This document shows, piece by piece, positions 14,651-28,522 of a DNA stretch of 64,000 bases; the stretch's first letter is position 1, and each line of letters starts with the position of its first letter. Source of the stretch: Octopus bimaculoides (taxonomy: Eukaryota). Made by a program: the position numbers and the translations under genes. The notes beneath the pieces are model-generated. The model saw only the letters and a program-made list of their open reading frames with translations, had not been told where the DNA came from and ran no database searches. The DNA lies in NCBI RefSeq assembly GCF_001194135.2, contig NC_068981.1, positions 157,085,082 through 157,149,081 of the forward strand, given 5' to 3'.

Positions 14651-15090
14651 AATATTCAATAACTGACACAAAACATGATGAAATTGAACTGAGAGGGAAA
14701 CAACCCAAGACCTAAACTGAACCTCATAAACCCCCTTTAACAATATACTAATCAAATCCTACATAGTTATGAAGAGTAGAAAAAACAGGAGCTATAACAA
14801 GTTCAGCTAGCTTAAAGAATATTGATAGCAAAGTAAATAAATGCCATTGAGATTGTAATATATGAGAATGTTTTTAAAGAGAATGGTTTTAAAGCAACTG
14901 ACTATGTAAGTGTAGGATAGAAGAGAAGCAAGTTAAACTAAAATTTCAAATATTTATATGTAAGCTACAGATTGTAAAGTTGATAGCTAAAGGCTTGCAA
15001 ATACAGGAATGGTTAGAGACGAATTGAGCTACAGAGTATTACAAAAATTAATAAATAATATTTGAAAAAATGTTCTTTCTTCATATATAA

Positions 15091-15470
15091 GCACAGATGT
15101 GGCTCTATGGTAAGAAGCTTACTTCCTTACCACATAGTTCCAGGTCCAGCCCCACTGCAGGACACCTTTGGCAAATGTCTTCCACTACAGCCTTGGGCTG
15201 ATCAAAGCCTTGTGAGTGGATTTGGTAGATGGAAACTGAAAGAAGCTCTTCTGTGTGTGTATCCTTGTGTCTGTTTGTTCCCCACATCACCACTTGACAA
15301 TCAATGTTGGTGTGTTTACGTCCCTGTAAATTAGCAGTTCAGCAAAAGAGACCAATAGAGTAAGTACTAGGCTTAAAAAAATAAGCCCTGAAGTCAATTT
15401 GTTCAACGAAAACCCTTCAAGGCTGTTCTCCAGCATGGTCACAGTCAAATGACTGAAACAAGTAAAAGAA
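15091..15470 (+). mobile_element. tRNA-derived SINE family A, full-length
   Basis: Head 'gtggctctatggtaagaagc..ccaggtccagcccc', core 'ccttgtgagtggatttggtagatggaaactgaaagaagc', tail 'gactgaaacaagtaaaaga'. Homologous to copies at 19377, 61947, 62402 and 63073. Confidence 0.85.
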
Positions 15471-16203
15471 TATATATATATATATATGAAAAAAGAATTA
15501 CCCTAAGCAAAGCTCAAAGCAAAGGGTTACAGGAAAGGAAGTAAGGGCATTAATATTACAAAAACTATACCTGCATATTTAAGACAGCAAACACAGTAGT
15601 AAAATAATGGATAAAAGATTTCAAGACAATAAAATAGTAATTAAAAAAACTGCAAGTAATATGACATATGAAATAACAATATGGGTGTTAGTAAAATCTA
15701 ATAAAATGAGATGGTAATAAAGAACCAATAAAAATATTAAGATATAAAAAAACTGTCCACATTAGGCAGAGTACTTGTTGACCCTGAATTCAAAGAGATC
15801 AAGATAATATTTTGTAGAAAAACAACGGGGATATAGTTTATTCCTCAATTTAGCTCTATTTAAATATCATAATAATTTAGAGCAAAAACAAAAAACATTT
15901 CAAGTTGCTTATTGTCTGATAATACATGACTTGTACACAATGACAACACAATTTATAAGAAAAAGAAACAAAGGGGGTTGGAATCAAGCAGTAAAAGATT
16001 GGTGGGGAGTAACAAGTTGTACATCCCAGACTAAACAGCATGTTCAGCTATGCCTTGCAAAGGCACTGCCACAGAGAATGGCCAGCGACACCACGTTGAA
16101 GGGCTCATTTCTCAGACAGGTTGCTGTTATTCTGATTTTATGAAGGAAATCAACAGTGCTGGGTCTGAGAACACCTGAGGTCTCTTATAGCTGGAACTTG
16201 CAG

Positions 16204-16394
16204 CATTCCCATGAGATATCCAAGCACCATGGATGCTTTGGAAAATTATTTGGAAAAATGGCTATTTTCCATCAATACTTCAATCGAAAATGTTCTGATG
16301 CACTTTATTTCTTGGTCTGGGCAATTCTTACCAGAACTTGGCTTTCTAAATTTAGCAAATTGCATCCATGGCACTTGGATATCTCATGGGAATG
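16204..16394. mobile_element. MITE-like element with 33-bp terminal inverted repeats
   Basis: CATTCCCATGAGATATCCAAGCACCATGGATGC ... GCATCCATGGCACTTGGATATCTCATGGGAATG (2 mismatches). 191 bp, non-coding. Confidence 0.7.
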
Positions 16395-17216
16395 TTTAAG
16401 ACCACCTTTTTGGAATTCTTTAGCAGACCAGGCTCCCAGCAAAAACTTATTATGATCTTATAATAAACCATTTATATTTCTATAGATACCAAAGAATACT
16501 GAGTTGCTGGACAATTTTCCCCTTTAAAATAAATGCCAAATTATGTTTAAGCATTTTTCCAACAAAAGAGTGGTTTGATTAGGGAAAAAATCATTATCAT
16601 CATCATCATTTAATGTTCATCTTCAATGCTAGTATGGGTAGAGCAATTCAACAGGCTCCAATGAACTGAAAAATTGTGTCAGCTGCAATATCTGCTTTAG
16701 CATGGTTTCTATGGTTGGATGCCCTTCCAAATACTACCACTTTACAGAGTGTACTGAGTGCTTTTTTGTGGCACAGGCATTAGTGAGGTTGCGAAGTAAT
16801 TTGCAAGACAAAGAAAATGAACCTTGACTAAGTGGGCATGTAGTAGATGAGATGGTTTTATGCCAAAGCTGGCTTGGTTGAATGCTTTGTTGTGAGGTTA
16901 CATTGTTAGACTTTCAGAATTGTTTCTGGTAAAGGCCCACAATTTATAAGCAGTTGGTTTCAAGAAATTTCTCAGAAATGAGTTCAACATCAAAGGGTTA
17001 CACTCACCATCCCTAAACAAGTGTTCAACTAGAAAGATCCAACAGAATCACTAATAAAATAATCAAGTCATCAATTGAGAAAGGCTAACAATGGACAAAA
17101 GAAATTCAGAATGTTTTCGCTCTACAAGAACGTTCTTCATTCATGAAAGACAGCCCTATCTGTTCTATTCTTAATTAGTCTGTTACATGATATGCTTCCA
17201 TATAATGAAATCCTTA

Positions 17217-17314
<98 letters not shown>

Positions 17315-17316
17315 GG
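17217..17316. repeat. (TG)n(AG)n microsatellite
   Basis: Directly visible; it explains the ERERER and SLSLSL ORFs. Confidence 0.95.
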
Positions 17317-17773
17317 GGGATAGAGGGAGGGGGAGGGCACAGATAGTAACGATAATAAAGCAAAATACTATGTTGATAGCAAACCCAAGTGCTCAGAAAC
17401 ATACACAGGTGATATGGTTACATTAACAAGAGGAAGGGTGGATTGATTTGGGACATACCTCTTGATGAATTAAAAATATTCACACACACACTACACTGGT
17501 TGTTAAGTTTGTAACACAAGGAAATACAAGATGTCCTGCTAGTATGGGTTCTACCAAAAACTTGAACATGAACAGAGTTTACTAAATGATTCAACCAATG
17601 AAAGTGACAACAAGCATGACAAGGGGTTGCAAGCAGTAAACATGGCCAGGAATCATAGACTACATATGTCTACAAGGAATCAGATAGTCTTTAATGTGAA
17701 TGCAATTGTAAATTATAAAAATTTAGGAAAGATATGTTATCAATATGTTATTAATATTAATACATCCTATTAA

Positions 17774-17980
17774 GGCAACGAGCTGGCAGAATCAATAGCA
17801 TGCTGGACAGAATGCTTATTAGCATTTTGTTTGTCTTTACATTCTGAGTTCAAATTCCACTGGAGTTGACTTTGCCTTTCATCATTTTGGGTTTGATAAA
17901 ATAAGTATCACTGGGGTTGATGTAATCAATTTAGCTCCTTCACTGAACTGGCTGGCCTTGAGCCAAAATTTGAAACCAAT
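17774..17980 (+). mobile_element. tRNA-derived SINE family B
   Basis: 'ggcaacgagctggcagaatc..ctgagttcaaattccac..tttgcctttcatc..ggccttgagccaaaatttgaaacc'. Homologues at 25315, 27635, 34995, 41525, 46297, 46520 and 63437. Confidence 0.85.
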
Positions 17981-17997
17981 ATGCTATTAATCCTCCT

Positions 17998-18400
17998 CCT
18001 CATCATCATCGTTTAACATCTGTTTTCCATGCCGGCATGGGTTGCACCAGGCTCCAATCTGATCTGGCAATGTTTCTACAGCTGGATGCCTTTCCTAATG
18101 CCAACCACTCTGAGAGTGTAGTGGGTGCATTTTATGTGCCACCGGCACAGGAGTCAGTCAGGCGGGCCTGGCATCGATCATGTTCAGATAGTGATTTTTA
18201 TGTGCCACCGGCACAGGGGCCAGTCAAAGGGTACTGGCATCTGCCACGTTCAGTTGGTGCTTTTATGTGCCACTGGTATGGGAGCTAGTCAGGCAGACCT
18301 GGCATTAACCGCATTCGGATGGTGCTTTTTACATGCCACCGGCATGGGAGCCAGTCAGGGGGCACTGACCACAGCTATGATATTGGTTTTACTTGACTAA
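17998..18400 (-). mobile_element. RTE 3' end (5'-truncated) with four ~64-bp tandem units
   Basis: (cat)n tail, ccatgccggcatgg hairpin and 'ctacagctggatgcc..tgccaaccactctgagagtgtagtgggtgc', followed by four repeats beginning 'tttatgtgccaccggcac'. Confidence 0.85.
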
Positions 18401-19376
18401 GCAGGTCATCTCAAGCATATCATATCACACAACGCATCAGGGGTACTCTTAACTGGGCTGGACATGCATGGCTGCGATCTCACTTTAGTTGCTAGGTCTT
18501 CTCAATCACAGCATATCTCTAAAGGTCTTGGTCTCTTGTCATTGCCTCTGTGAGGCCCAATGTTCGAAGGTCATGCTTCACCACATATTAATATGGTAGT
18601 TTTGCACACTTCCCTTAATTTACATGCTGATTCAACCTGGTGGTTAAAAGATTACTACTACCTAATATGGCTGTTAAATCAATGAACGGAGTTTGGTTAT
18701 TGAGCATGGCAGATATATTGATGAATCCCACAGGAGTGGTTCTCTGATTTAGCTATTTCCAGCCAATCAAATCACTTCTTTTAGGTTCAAGTCATATCTA
18801 CAGACAGACATGTTCTTTTTAAGTGACTTTGAGCAGTCAACAGTTGCTATTTTCAGTTGGCACCTAAAACTTACATAGAAAAGAATCTAGCCATTTTTAA
18901 ATACACACATAGGTATGTTAGTTAACAGAGCATAGATGCCTCACTGCTGTTAGACATGTTGTTAGTCTGTGGCCAATCAAGACACGAGCCGTTCAATCTT
19001 ATCAGTATTGATACCATATACTATAGGAGTTGTCTTCAGAACTACACCTTATATCTTCTTTGAGTTTGGAAATATCAATATTATCCAAAAACTGACCACA
19101 GGACAAGCAGCAGGAGTCCAATGGATCAACTCAAATGTCGGATGACAGTTCCTTTCAAATCAAATGCACAAACAACTCAAGAAGCATTTCACAAAATAAA
19201 TGACCAGGTATTTCTGGCTCTTGAATTAAAAACATTTCAATTATTCTTCTCATACTGGTTCAACTACTATTTGATTCTCACGTCCCATTATTTCACTGAA
19301 ATTTTTTATTACACTGCTATAACAGTTATGTATTGTGTATTTGTTTACAAATGTATTATGTTAAAATGTAAACAAA

Positions 19377-19551
19377 GGTGCAGGAGTGGCTGTATGGTAA
19401 GAACCTTGCTTCCCAACCATATAGTTCCTCCTGGCTGAGTCTCACCGGGTGACACCTTGAGCAAGTGTCTTCTACTGTAGCTTTTCGGGCTGACCAAAGC
19501 CTTGTGAGTGGATTTGGTAGATGGAAACTGAAAGAAGCCCATCGTATATAT
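19377..19551 (+). mobile_element. SINE family A, 5' half (cut by N-gap)
   Basis: 'ggtgcaggagtggctgtatggtaagaacc...gtggatttggtagatggaaactgaaagaagccc'. Confidence 0.8.
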
Positions 19552-19959
19552 NNNNNNNNNNNNNNNNNNNNNNNNNNNNNNNNNNNNNNNNNNNNNTATA
19601 CAAGAATAAGGGCAGGGAATCGTCAATTAATAATAGAATTAATAATTAACAATTTTGCCAAGTAGTTCAGTATGAAAAAACCTTTATCGGTAAAACCATT
19701 TATCATCATAAATATACAGGGATTAGCATTGAGTTGCTTCTCCAACATACTGAAAATTTAGAAATAGCAGTCAAAGAACTACTGATTCTAAACTACAAAT
19801 TTTTCTCTAAATGGATGGCGATATTTATGGCACACATCTATTATGTAGGGATCCCTTAAATCAACTATCTTTCAATTTATATCGAATCAATATGTCCATA
19901 TAGCAATATTTGATATACAAGAGCAAGTGTAGTAGGTCAATAAAATTTTCAAAAATCAT

Positions 19960-22140
19960 TGACAAAATCCATCTTAGAGTTCCCAAAGAAATGTAAACAC
20001 CAGCACTCACTGTTTAATAAGTCACTAAGAGAAGGAAATCTTCCATTAGAATGTAAAATTACAACTGTGACAGTTAATTTATAAGAAATTGGAGAAATAA
20101 AGAGAGAGACTAGTAATAACAAGCGAGTATCATTAATGTCACAAGTAGCCAAGATACTCAAAACTATCATAAAAGAAAAGATGATAAACATGATAGGCTT
20201 TCTCATCAAGAATAACTGTCTGACATTTTTATCTGGAAGGAAATCAACAAATCTATTGGAAACATTGGAAGACTGAACACAGACATACAATGACAGTAAA
20301 AGATTCAATACAGTTTATAGAAATCATACAGAACTGATATTCAAAGGAATGTCTTGACATAGATCGAAATGGCAAAATGTAATCAGTGGGGGTACTCCAT
20401 GGACCAGTTTCAGGGTTCCAAATTTTTGTTTTGAGATATATTGTGATGTTATGAGTTGAGATAGCAGTCAAGGTGGAGAATGGAGATGACAAGCCATATG
20501 TAGGGGTCCTTCCTTTTCTCACTGGAAGTTAGTTACACACGTACACCAGTAGAAAAAAGGGCTGAATGAAGAAAGAAAACAATCTCCATGGAGAACCAAC
20601 ATTCCATCTGCTTCCATCTGCGGCTTCTTTCTCTTGTGGTTAAGATAAAGATAAATTGTTTTTCCTTGGCATCACAAGGAAAAACAACTTTCACAAGGGT
20701 AAAACTGAGCTCTGGTAGAGTTGTGTTTATGTGTGTGCATGCACTATGGAAAACCATTCAATTTACTTCCTTCTGAAGACACTTCCACTACCCATCACCT
20801 CCCTCTCTGCAGCTCTTCTTTGACACCACTTACTTTTCTTACTATCCAGAAACATTTCACTTGTTAGCCACCTTTCATCCATTAATACTGTTCTCTCCAC
20901 TCACATTTTCAACGATCACCTCACCACCACCACCACCACACTGAACCACCAATTATCTCTCTTCTCCAACCACCATATACTTCTTGCTCTTTTCATGTAC
21001 TATGCTTGCCTCTTTTTCTCATCCATCTCCACAACCAACATCATCCCTCTCTCATACTTCTCTTGCCTACTGTTTCATCATTACTATACTGCTGCTCTGC
21101 ACTGTCAGTCATCGCTTGTTCCCCTAATTCCTGGTCCTTCTGCCCCACCATTTCTACTCACCCTGTACCTTGAAGGTCCACTCTGACACCTCATCACTAT
21201 TATTTTTTTTAACTATTTTCCCCCACTCCACTTGATCTCTTCAAAAATGTGAGTAGTCCTGTATCTCCTCAACTGCAAGAAACCTGTCCTTCTCTGTCCC
21301 ACCACATCTCTCACACTTTTATCCATTTTTTACTCCTCATCACCAAGCATAAAGCTGTTCCCTTGGAGTCCATAATCTTGTAAACTGCACAGTAGCTTCT
21401 CAGGCACTAGTGGTACAAAAAAAACAGCACCCAGCACATGCTGGTAAAATGGCTGGCATTAGAAAACCATGTAGAAATCATGCTTATGTAGATACTGGAG
21501 CATGAAGTAGTCCTTGGGCCCACTGCATCCTGTCAAACTATTCAATACATGCCTACTTGGAACATGGATGTTAAATGGTGATGCTTATATAATCATTGAC
21601 TCTTTTGTTACAGAGGAAATGCAAGATTTTTGTTGATGAAGCAAAAAATAGATGTTTACAAACTGTGGATCTTTACAAAATATAGAGAGAAATTTAAATA
21701 GACTGGGGAAAGGGGTTAAATGGAACGAATGCCATTTTTTAATGTTGAAAAATGTAGTTTTGCACAGAGGAAATCGTAACTTGAGGTAGTAGTATGCAAT
21801 GAATGGAAAACTTTTAACAACAAATCAGGAGAAACGAAGAAAAAATGGGAATACATATAATTACGAATTTTAAAATGGCTAATCATGTAATAAAAAGTGA
21901 AAACAAGTTAACTGTTGAAAGTGTCCAGCGAAGAGCACAACCCCCCCCCCCCCCNNNNNNNNNNNNNNNNNNNNNNNNNNNNNNNNNNNNNNNNNNNNNN
22001 NNNNNNNNNNNNACCAGAATTAAGAAATCTGCCTTTTGAAGAGAGATGTAAAAATCTAGACACTACAATTTTAGAGGCAGCAAAGAGGAGACACAATAAA
22101 GTCTCAAGTTATCTCGTGTGTCAAAACATGTCATTTCCTT
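19960..22140 (+). mobile_element. Degraded CR1/L2-type LINE RT fragments, split by intervening sequence
   Basis: 19960-20300 reads LFNKSLREGNLPLECK..VSLMSQVAKILKTIIK. 21615-22090 reads FVDEAK..FFNVEKC..MNGKLL..VESVQRRA..PELRNLPFEER, resembling the CR1 RT C-terminus. The segment at 20520-21600 is unrelated. Confidence 0.65.
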
Positions 22141-22899
22141 GGATCGGTAGGTTTTAAGCATTAAAAAACAAACAAACAAATAGAGGGGGTGGGGTTCATC
22201 TCACGCCTGTCGTAAATTTTCAACTTTAGCTACCTCTAATCTTTTAAAATTTTATCTATGTTATGTTTAATTTTGAAGAAACATTATCTCGCATGCTTAA
22301 AACAGAAACCTGAAAAACAAATTTTCAAAAGAAAAGCATAACTGAAAAGTTGTGAAAAATAGGGGGACATTGCCTTTTTTTTTAAACCCTATTTCTCTCT
22401 CCCTTTTTTTAAAAAACGGATTCGGTTTCGAGTGTACTAGAACATTATCAACTCTGCCTGAATGCCAAGGAGACATTATAGAAGTATTTGAAATGAAAGA
22501 AAAAGTTTTTTCCTTCAAAGAGCTATTTAGTGAATAGAACAGTTTGCTGGGTTACGTAATAAAAACTACAACAGTAAATCACTCACAATTCATGTTAGTT
22601 TACATCTTGAAAAGATTCTATTTCAGATTCTTGATGAGGAGTGGAGGTGAGCAGAAAGTACTGTGTGTAGGGATTCTCTTGAAACTTCATCAGCTGGTAT
22701 TGTTTTCTCCAAACGTATGGGTTTATACCAGTATAAGAAATTCTTTCGGTATTCAGAAAATAACTACCTGCCAAGAACTGGGATCGATTTAATCGACTGT
22801 ATTACTCACACCAAATTTTCAGCCTTATGTTCTTATAGATAACATTAATAAAAATGTAATTCTTACATTATAAATACTGTCGCACCCGTTATATATATA

Positions 22900-24300
22900 T
22901 TTTGAGTTCAAATCCAGCTGAGGCCAACTTTGTTCTTTATTCTCCAGTGGCCGATAGACAAAGTACGAGTCAAGAGTTGGGACAATGAAATCAGTAGGAT
23001 TGTATCTGTGTAAGAAAATTATCAAAGCAGCGGAGCGACAAAATCAATAGGGCATGGTAAAAAAAAAATACTTTGCGGTATTTCTGTTATAGTCTAAGTT
23101 CAAATCCAACTGTAGGTAATAACTACTGATATAGTGTGGAAACATTAAACAATTAGATCTTCCCCTAAATTTTCGATCATTGTGTCTATGATAGAAGTTA
23201 TTGTTAAAAGGGCACATTAGACGACAGAAACGATACGACGACGACGATTTGTGCTCCGGAGTATAAATGCCGTCAGGGTCGGCAAAATAAGCACCAGTAA
23301 TGCATTAAAGTTCGATTAAGTCACATATTCATCCTCACCCCTAATTTGTGGTTTTGTACCGAACAATATAAAAAAATTATTATATTAATACAAAAATATC
23401 GGTATCCGTAATATACAGATATATATTGCCGTGTCATCATTATATACACACATATATATATGACAGTATCAAAATCAGACACACATTTACATATAAACAC
23501 ACATAAATACACATTTACATATACACATACATACACTCACGCATGTATACATAAACACACACACTCGTGCACATACATCACATATCATATATTATCAGTA
23601 ATTAATTTCCCATATGTCTGCACATTTTTTCATGTTTATATTGTAAATGAAAAAAGTACCATTATAGCTATATATATATTTTTTTGTACAATGAAAATAA
23701 ACTTTACATGGCAGTTGTAATTGGAGAATCAAACAAGTGTTGTATATATAATCAGTAATATGGCTGTCACAGACCTGCTGAAACATCGAGGGAACGGCGG
23801 TAGACCCTGGGTGGAAACTGTTGACCGGTTATTGGTATTCCAGTCCATGATGAAATCAGTTGAAACACACAGTAACTATAACAAAATAAATTACTACAGT
23901 AATATAAAACTGAAATATTAAATAAAGTTTTTCTTCTATAATTGGTGATATAAGTTGCGTATCCCAGAAAGTTTAGCCTGGTTTCTTTTCTTTGGCGTAT
24001 GCAAAGTAGGTGGGAGGGGTTTCGTAAAGACTCCGGTTTTGGTGACTTGGTAAAGCCGGACAAACACTACTTCCGCTACCTAGTGCCAATTGTCGCAACT
24101 GACACTAACTTCGTGTATTTGGGTGTGAGAAATTTTCTAGAGAAGTATAAAATAGGCCATTGATACAAGTCTCCCAAGTGTAATAAAGAATTCATTATTT
24201 TGAGGGTTGTGTTGTATGTAACTCGTTTGTCTTCAGTTAGAAAGCGTTTTTCCTGCTGTTCATTAAATGTTTAACGCGAACATTAATTGATCGTTAAAGA
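22900..24300. promoter_or_regulatory. CpG-retaining region, probable promoter/5' end of the FAM89-like gene
   Basis: CpGs are visibly frequent here (23220-23285, 23780-24100) against a CpG-depleted background. ETS-like ACTTCCGC at about 24068. It is the nearest such region upstream of the 12232 acceptor. No TSS can be pinned. Confidence 0.4.
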
Positions 24301-24959
24301 TTGTGCTTTGTTAATCAAATACTGCATGTCTTTGTGAAGTTATCCGTTTCAACAGCTGGTTCTTCATAATTTTGTTCAAGTACATTATGAGCATCATCAT
24401 CATTTAATATTCCATCCTCCATGTTAGCATGGATTGGAATTTTAAGGAGTAATGTATTTTTACATGTTTATTTCTCTAGCTCATAATGGGTTGGAAGAGT
24501 GTGTAAATTTAGATATTTGCACGAAGTGAGTTGTGTAATGTTGCTAGAACACCATATCTACATTACTGCAAGATTAAGTTGTTAGGATATTTAACATTAT
24601 CACCTGTATTAATCAAACTGTTTGATATTTTACACTGGTGACAAGTGCTTCCAATTTTTTCTCGTGTCCTTCTTTTCCATCTTCACAGAAGTTATATAAT
24701 TAAATTATTTTCCCATTATTGTGGAGACTTTCTGAGAAACTTTTTCTCATCTCTTGGATACTGCTCAATAACTGTACAGGTTCATTTGTTGTTTGTGAAC
24801 CTTGCAACATGGCCTGCCTAGTTATAATATGGCTATCTCAGATCAGCAGCAAACCATGCTGACAGAGATGGACACCTATAGCTCAGAAATAGGCCATAAG
24901 ACAAACTGTATGGAACCAAAATATGTGCTGTCAGAAAACATAAAACAGAACCAAATAGA

Positions 24960-25300
24960 AGTGGAGAAGTGATGAAATCAAGGAGGTATAGAAGTATGCC
25001 TGTTTGGGGCATACTCTTAATATGTACCAAGGCCTGGGTACTGAAATCTCAAGAATAAGGTGAAGATGGAAGGTGTTTAAATCAATAAAAGATGTGCTCA
25101 AAACAAGGCAGAACAAGACCCTGTGTACTAGTCTCTTCAGTGACACTGTCCTACCTGCACTCATATACACTTGTGAGACATGTAATCAAAGAAGAATTTT
25201 GATTGGCTATAACACACAGGGTCATGGAAAGCTCCATAATAAGAATATTCATTTTGAGAGCATATCTGAAATGAAGTAATTTGAGAAAAGAATGATTGTT
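24960..25300 (+). mobile_element. Fragment of a second RTE family (RT C-terminal region)
   Basis: Reads EISRIR..WKVFKSIKDVLKTRQNKTLCTSLFSDTVLPALIYTCET, the RTE 'VLPxLxYGxETW' motif. Confidence 0.7.
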
Positions 25301-25314
25301 GAACATATTGCACA

Positions 25315-25530
25315 AGCAGCAAGCTGGCAGAATTGTTAGCACACTGGGCAAAATGTTCAGCAGCATTTTGTCTGTCTTTACATTCTGCGTTCAAATTCCA
25401 CCAAGGTCATCTTTGCCTTTCATCCTTTTGGGGTTGATAAAATAAGTACCAGTTGAACACTGGGGTTGACGTAATTGACTTACTCCCTCCCCAAAATTGC
25501 TGGCCTTATGCCTAAGTTTGAAATCAATAT
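25315..25530 (+). mobile_element. SINE family B
   Basis: Homologous to 17774-17980. Confidence 0.8.
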
Positions 25531-27349
25531 TACAACTATTGCAATTAGCCTCTATACAGCTTATAATTCTACTCATGATTAGCTTACCTAGCCAACAGAA
25601 ACATTTCTTTCTTATTAACTAGTGGGGTTTGTAGGAGGAAGAGCAACTTGATGTTAGCACATGTTCTAACAATATACAAATGCACAAATTTGTGAAATCA
25701 CTCTCACCTGTATGAGAGAAAGCATAATTAAGCAAAGTAAGAAAATATCTAGCCCTCTTCCAGGATGTTGAAGCTGACTTGTAGGTTAGATTTGTGGAGA
25801 TAGATAAAAGTAGATGGGTTCTTTTTTTTAGTTAGTATCCTACAATAGGACACCTTAATTACAAAATCAAAATAAATATCTATTTTCAAGGCAAGAGTAG
25901 ATTTTATTATTGCGATTATTATATCCCAACTTTTGTTATATTCTTTGTTTCTTTTTTTGATTAGAATTTTTTATGAGAAAAAAGACAATTTATAAAGATT
26001 AACAGTAAAAATAATTTTTAACTCCCCCCTCCCCCGAAAATATGTAATTAGTAGAGAAATAAGCAAAATGAAGCAGTATGTACATATTTTCAGTAATATA
26101 CTTCACCAGGCTTTAGATAAAGCATTTGATATCAAATTTTGAGAGTAAAATACAGTAAGGATAATGAGAAGGGGTGCATTAAATGAGTTTGTGCTGACAG
26201 AACACAGCTGGAAAGGTTGAAATAGAAGTTATGACAGGTTTTCTTTGTAACTTATGCAGGCTGTGCCCCTGAGTTTTGCAGGATCTCTGACTGGAGAGAT
26301 CAATGCAGTTTATATTCAGCTTAAACGTCTACAAGTTGATGCCTGCAGGAAAAAATGTGGGCATGGAAGAAATTCCAGAGAGAGTAGGAGGGTCAGGTGG
26401 GCATGGGTGGAGGTAGAAAGCAGTTAACTGTTTCAGGAGTACAAAGTCCATTGTAGTCACAATGAGTGGAGTTAGAAAGTCTGTGGACCAGTTATTGTAA
26501 TGTGCTCGGGAGTAAATCTTAGCCAATCAGTAGGCTGGTCTTCTTTTGGGTGCTGTTGAGGTTGTTTGTGTAACAACTGCAGTGTCCAGATGTGGGAATA
26601 GTACTCTGTTTGTATGCTAGTAGTTGCAATATTCTGGTGTGTGTAAGGTTACCTCACATATTTTTTATTATTTTATGTACAGAATGTTTATGTGCATACT
26701 AACTGCACATATCCCTAGATTTGTGTGCAGTACAGTCTTTAGTGTATGATGCACTTTTACCTAGTGGATATCAGCAATTCTTTAGGGCAGAGGTCTAGCA
26801 TTTCAAGAAAATTTGAAGCTTTTATAATGGATGTAGTGTTGTGTCATTGTTATATGCAGTGACTGTCTCTTAGTACTAGTTAATAAGAACTGATTTTGTA
26901 TCTCTAAAGCTTTTAGTCAGAGAGATGATGCATATCTCATGACAAATAGCTATGCTGAATATAAATGCATGTTTGCAGAATATTAAGGAAAGATAACTGT
27001 GTCATCTGCATCAGAATATGTACAATTAGAGGTAATAGGTTGGTAATGTAGAAAAAGAAGAGTGTAGGAGATATAGTGGAACTCAAATGAACACAAGAAT
27101 TAATATAATGTGATGGGGGAAAGAAATCCCTATCAACATAAATCAATATAGAGTGGTTTGACAGCTAATAGGGCATTACAATAAGTAGTGAGTTTTGTTA
27201 GGTTATCACACCAGACTAACACTTTTTTTTCACTGAAGTTCTTAAAGAGGAAAGAACAATACTGAATCTGGCTTCCCAGAAACTGGTTACCACAGAGAAG
27301 AGACTCTTTAGAATGTGACACAAATTATAAAGAACCTCTAAGTCATCAT

Positions 27350-27852
27350 TATCATTTAACGACTGCTGTTCGTGCTGGCATGAGTTGGATTTGGCAAGGT
27401 TTCTATGGCTGGATGCCCTTCCTAATGCCAACCACTCCGATAGAGTAATGGGTGCTTTTATGTGTCACCAGCATGTGTGCCAGTTGCATGACACTAGTAT
27501 CTACCATGACTATAATTTCACTTGGTTTGATGGGCCTCCTACTTAAGCACAGTGTATTGCCAAAGGTCTCAGTTATTTATCATTGCCTAAAGAAATTTGT
27601 AACTACTGAATTTACTGGAAACTATTGAATTAACAATGATTTCAAATTCTGGCACAAGGCCAGCAATTTCAGGGGATGGGGTAAGTCGAGTACATTAACC
27701 CCAGTGCTCAGCTGGTACTTATGTTCTTGATCCCAAAAGGATGAAAGGCAAAGTCAACCTCAGTGGAATTTAAATTCAGGACATAAGTACAGATGAAATG
27801 CCACTAAGCATTTTGCCTGGCATGCTAATGATTTTGCCAGCTTTCCACCTTA
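27350..27852 (-). mobile_element. RTE 3' tail fragment (about 27350-27500) plus SINE family B (about 27635-27852)
   Basis: Same diagnostic strings as the other copies, on the reverse strand. Confidence 0.75.
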
Positions 27853-28474
27853 ACTATTAAATTAATATTAATTGGTTTCTCACATATGCACAAGGTCATA
27901 TATTTTAGAAGAAGGAAACAATTATATTGATCAGACTGAAATCTACTGACTTAGTAATTGACTGATATATATATTATCTATCCTAGAAGAATGAACAGCA
28001 AAATTGTCTTTGAGGGATTCAAACTCAGATGTTAAGAACTGCAACTAAATACTAAAAAGCTTTTAATTATTTAATTCTTGCAATAAATAACAACAATATT
28101 TCCAATGTATAATTCTTGGGAAGACAAGTGGTAGTCAGCATAAATAGAAGTCTATATAGAAAAGCAAATTATTAGGCATGCCAATTTGCCATGAGTAGAA
28201 GATATGGTTAATGTTTCTGGCAGAATTTTATGAAAGAATCTTACAGTCTCTGATGAAAGGTTCTACATGAATGATTATGTTTTTTGCTCATGGTAACCTA
28301 GCATGAGTCATTTTCATCATGTTGATCATGTATTCAAAAGACAAATCAATATTTGTAAACATGATGCAAGTAAACAAAGACATTTTCAAAAACAAAAACT
28401 TAATATTTTCAATATTTTATTGGAATATTCATTTCATTTATTAAATAAGAAACAATTAGAAAAATAAACGCAAA

Positions 28475-28522
<48 letters not shown>

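Noticed and set aside
18120-18400. Regularly spaced 'tttatgtgccaccggcac' repeats as a CRISPR-like array
   Set aside because: The context is eukaryotic, the 'spacers' are homologous to each other, there are no cas genes, and the array is part of an RTE 3' UTR.
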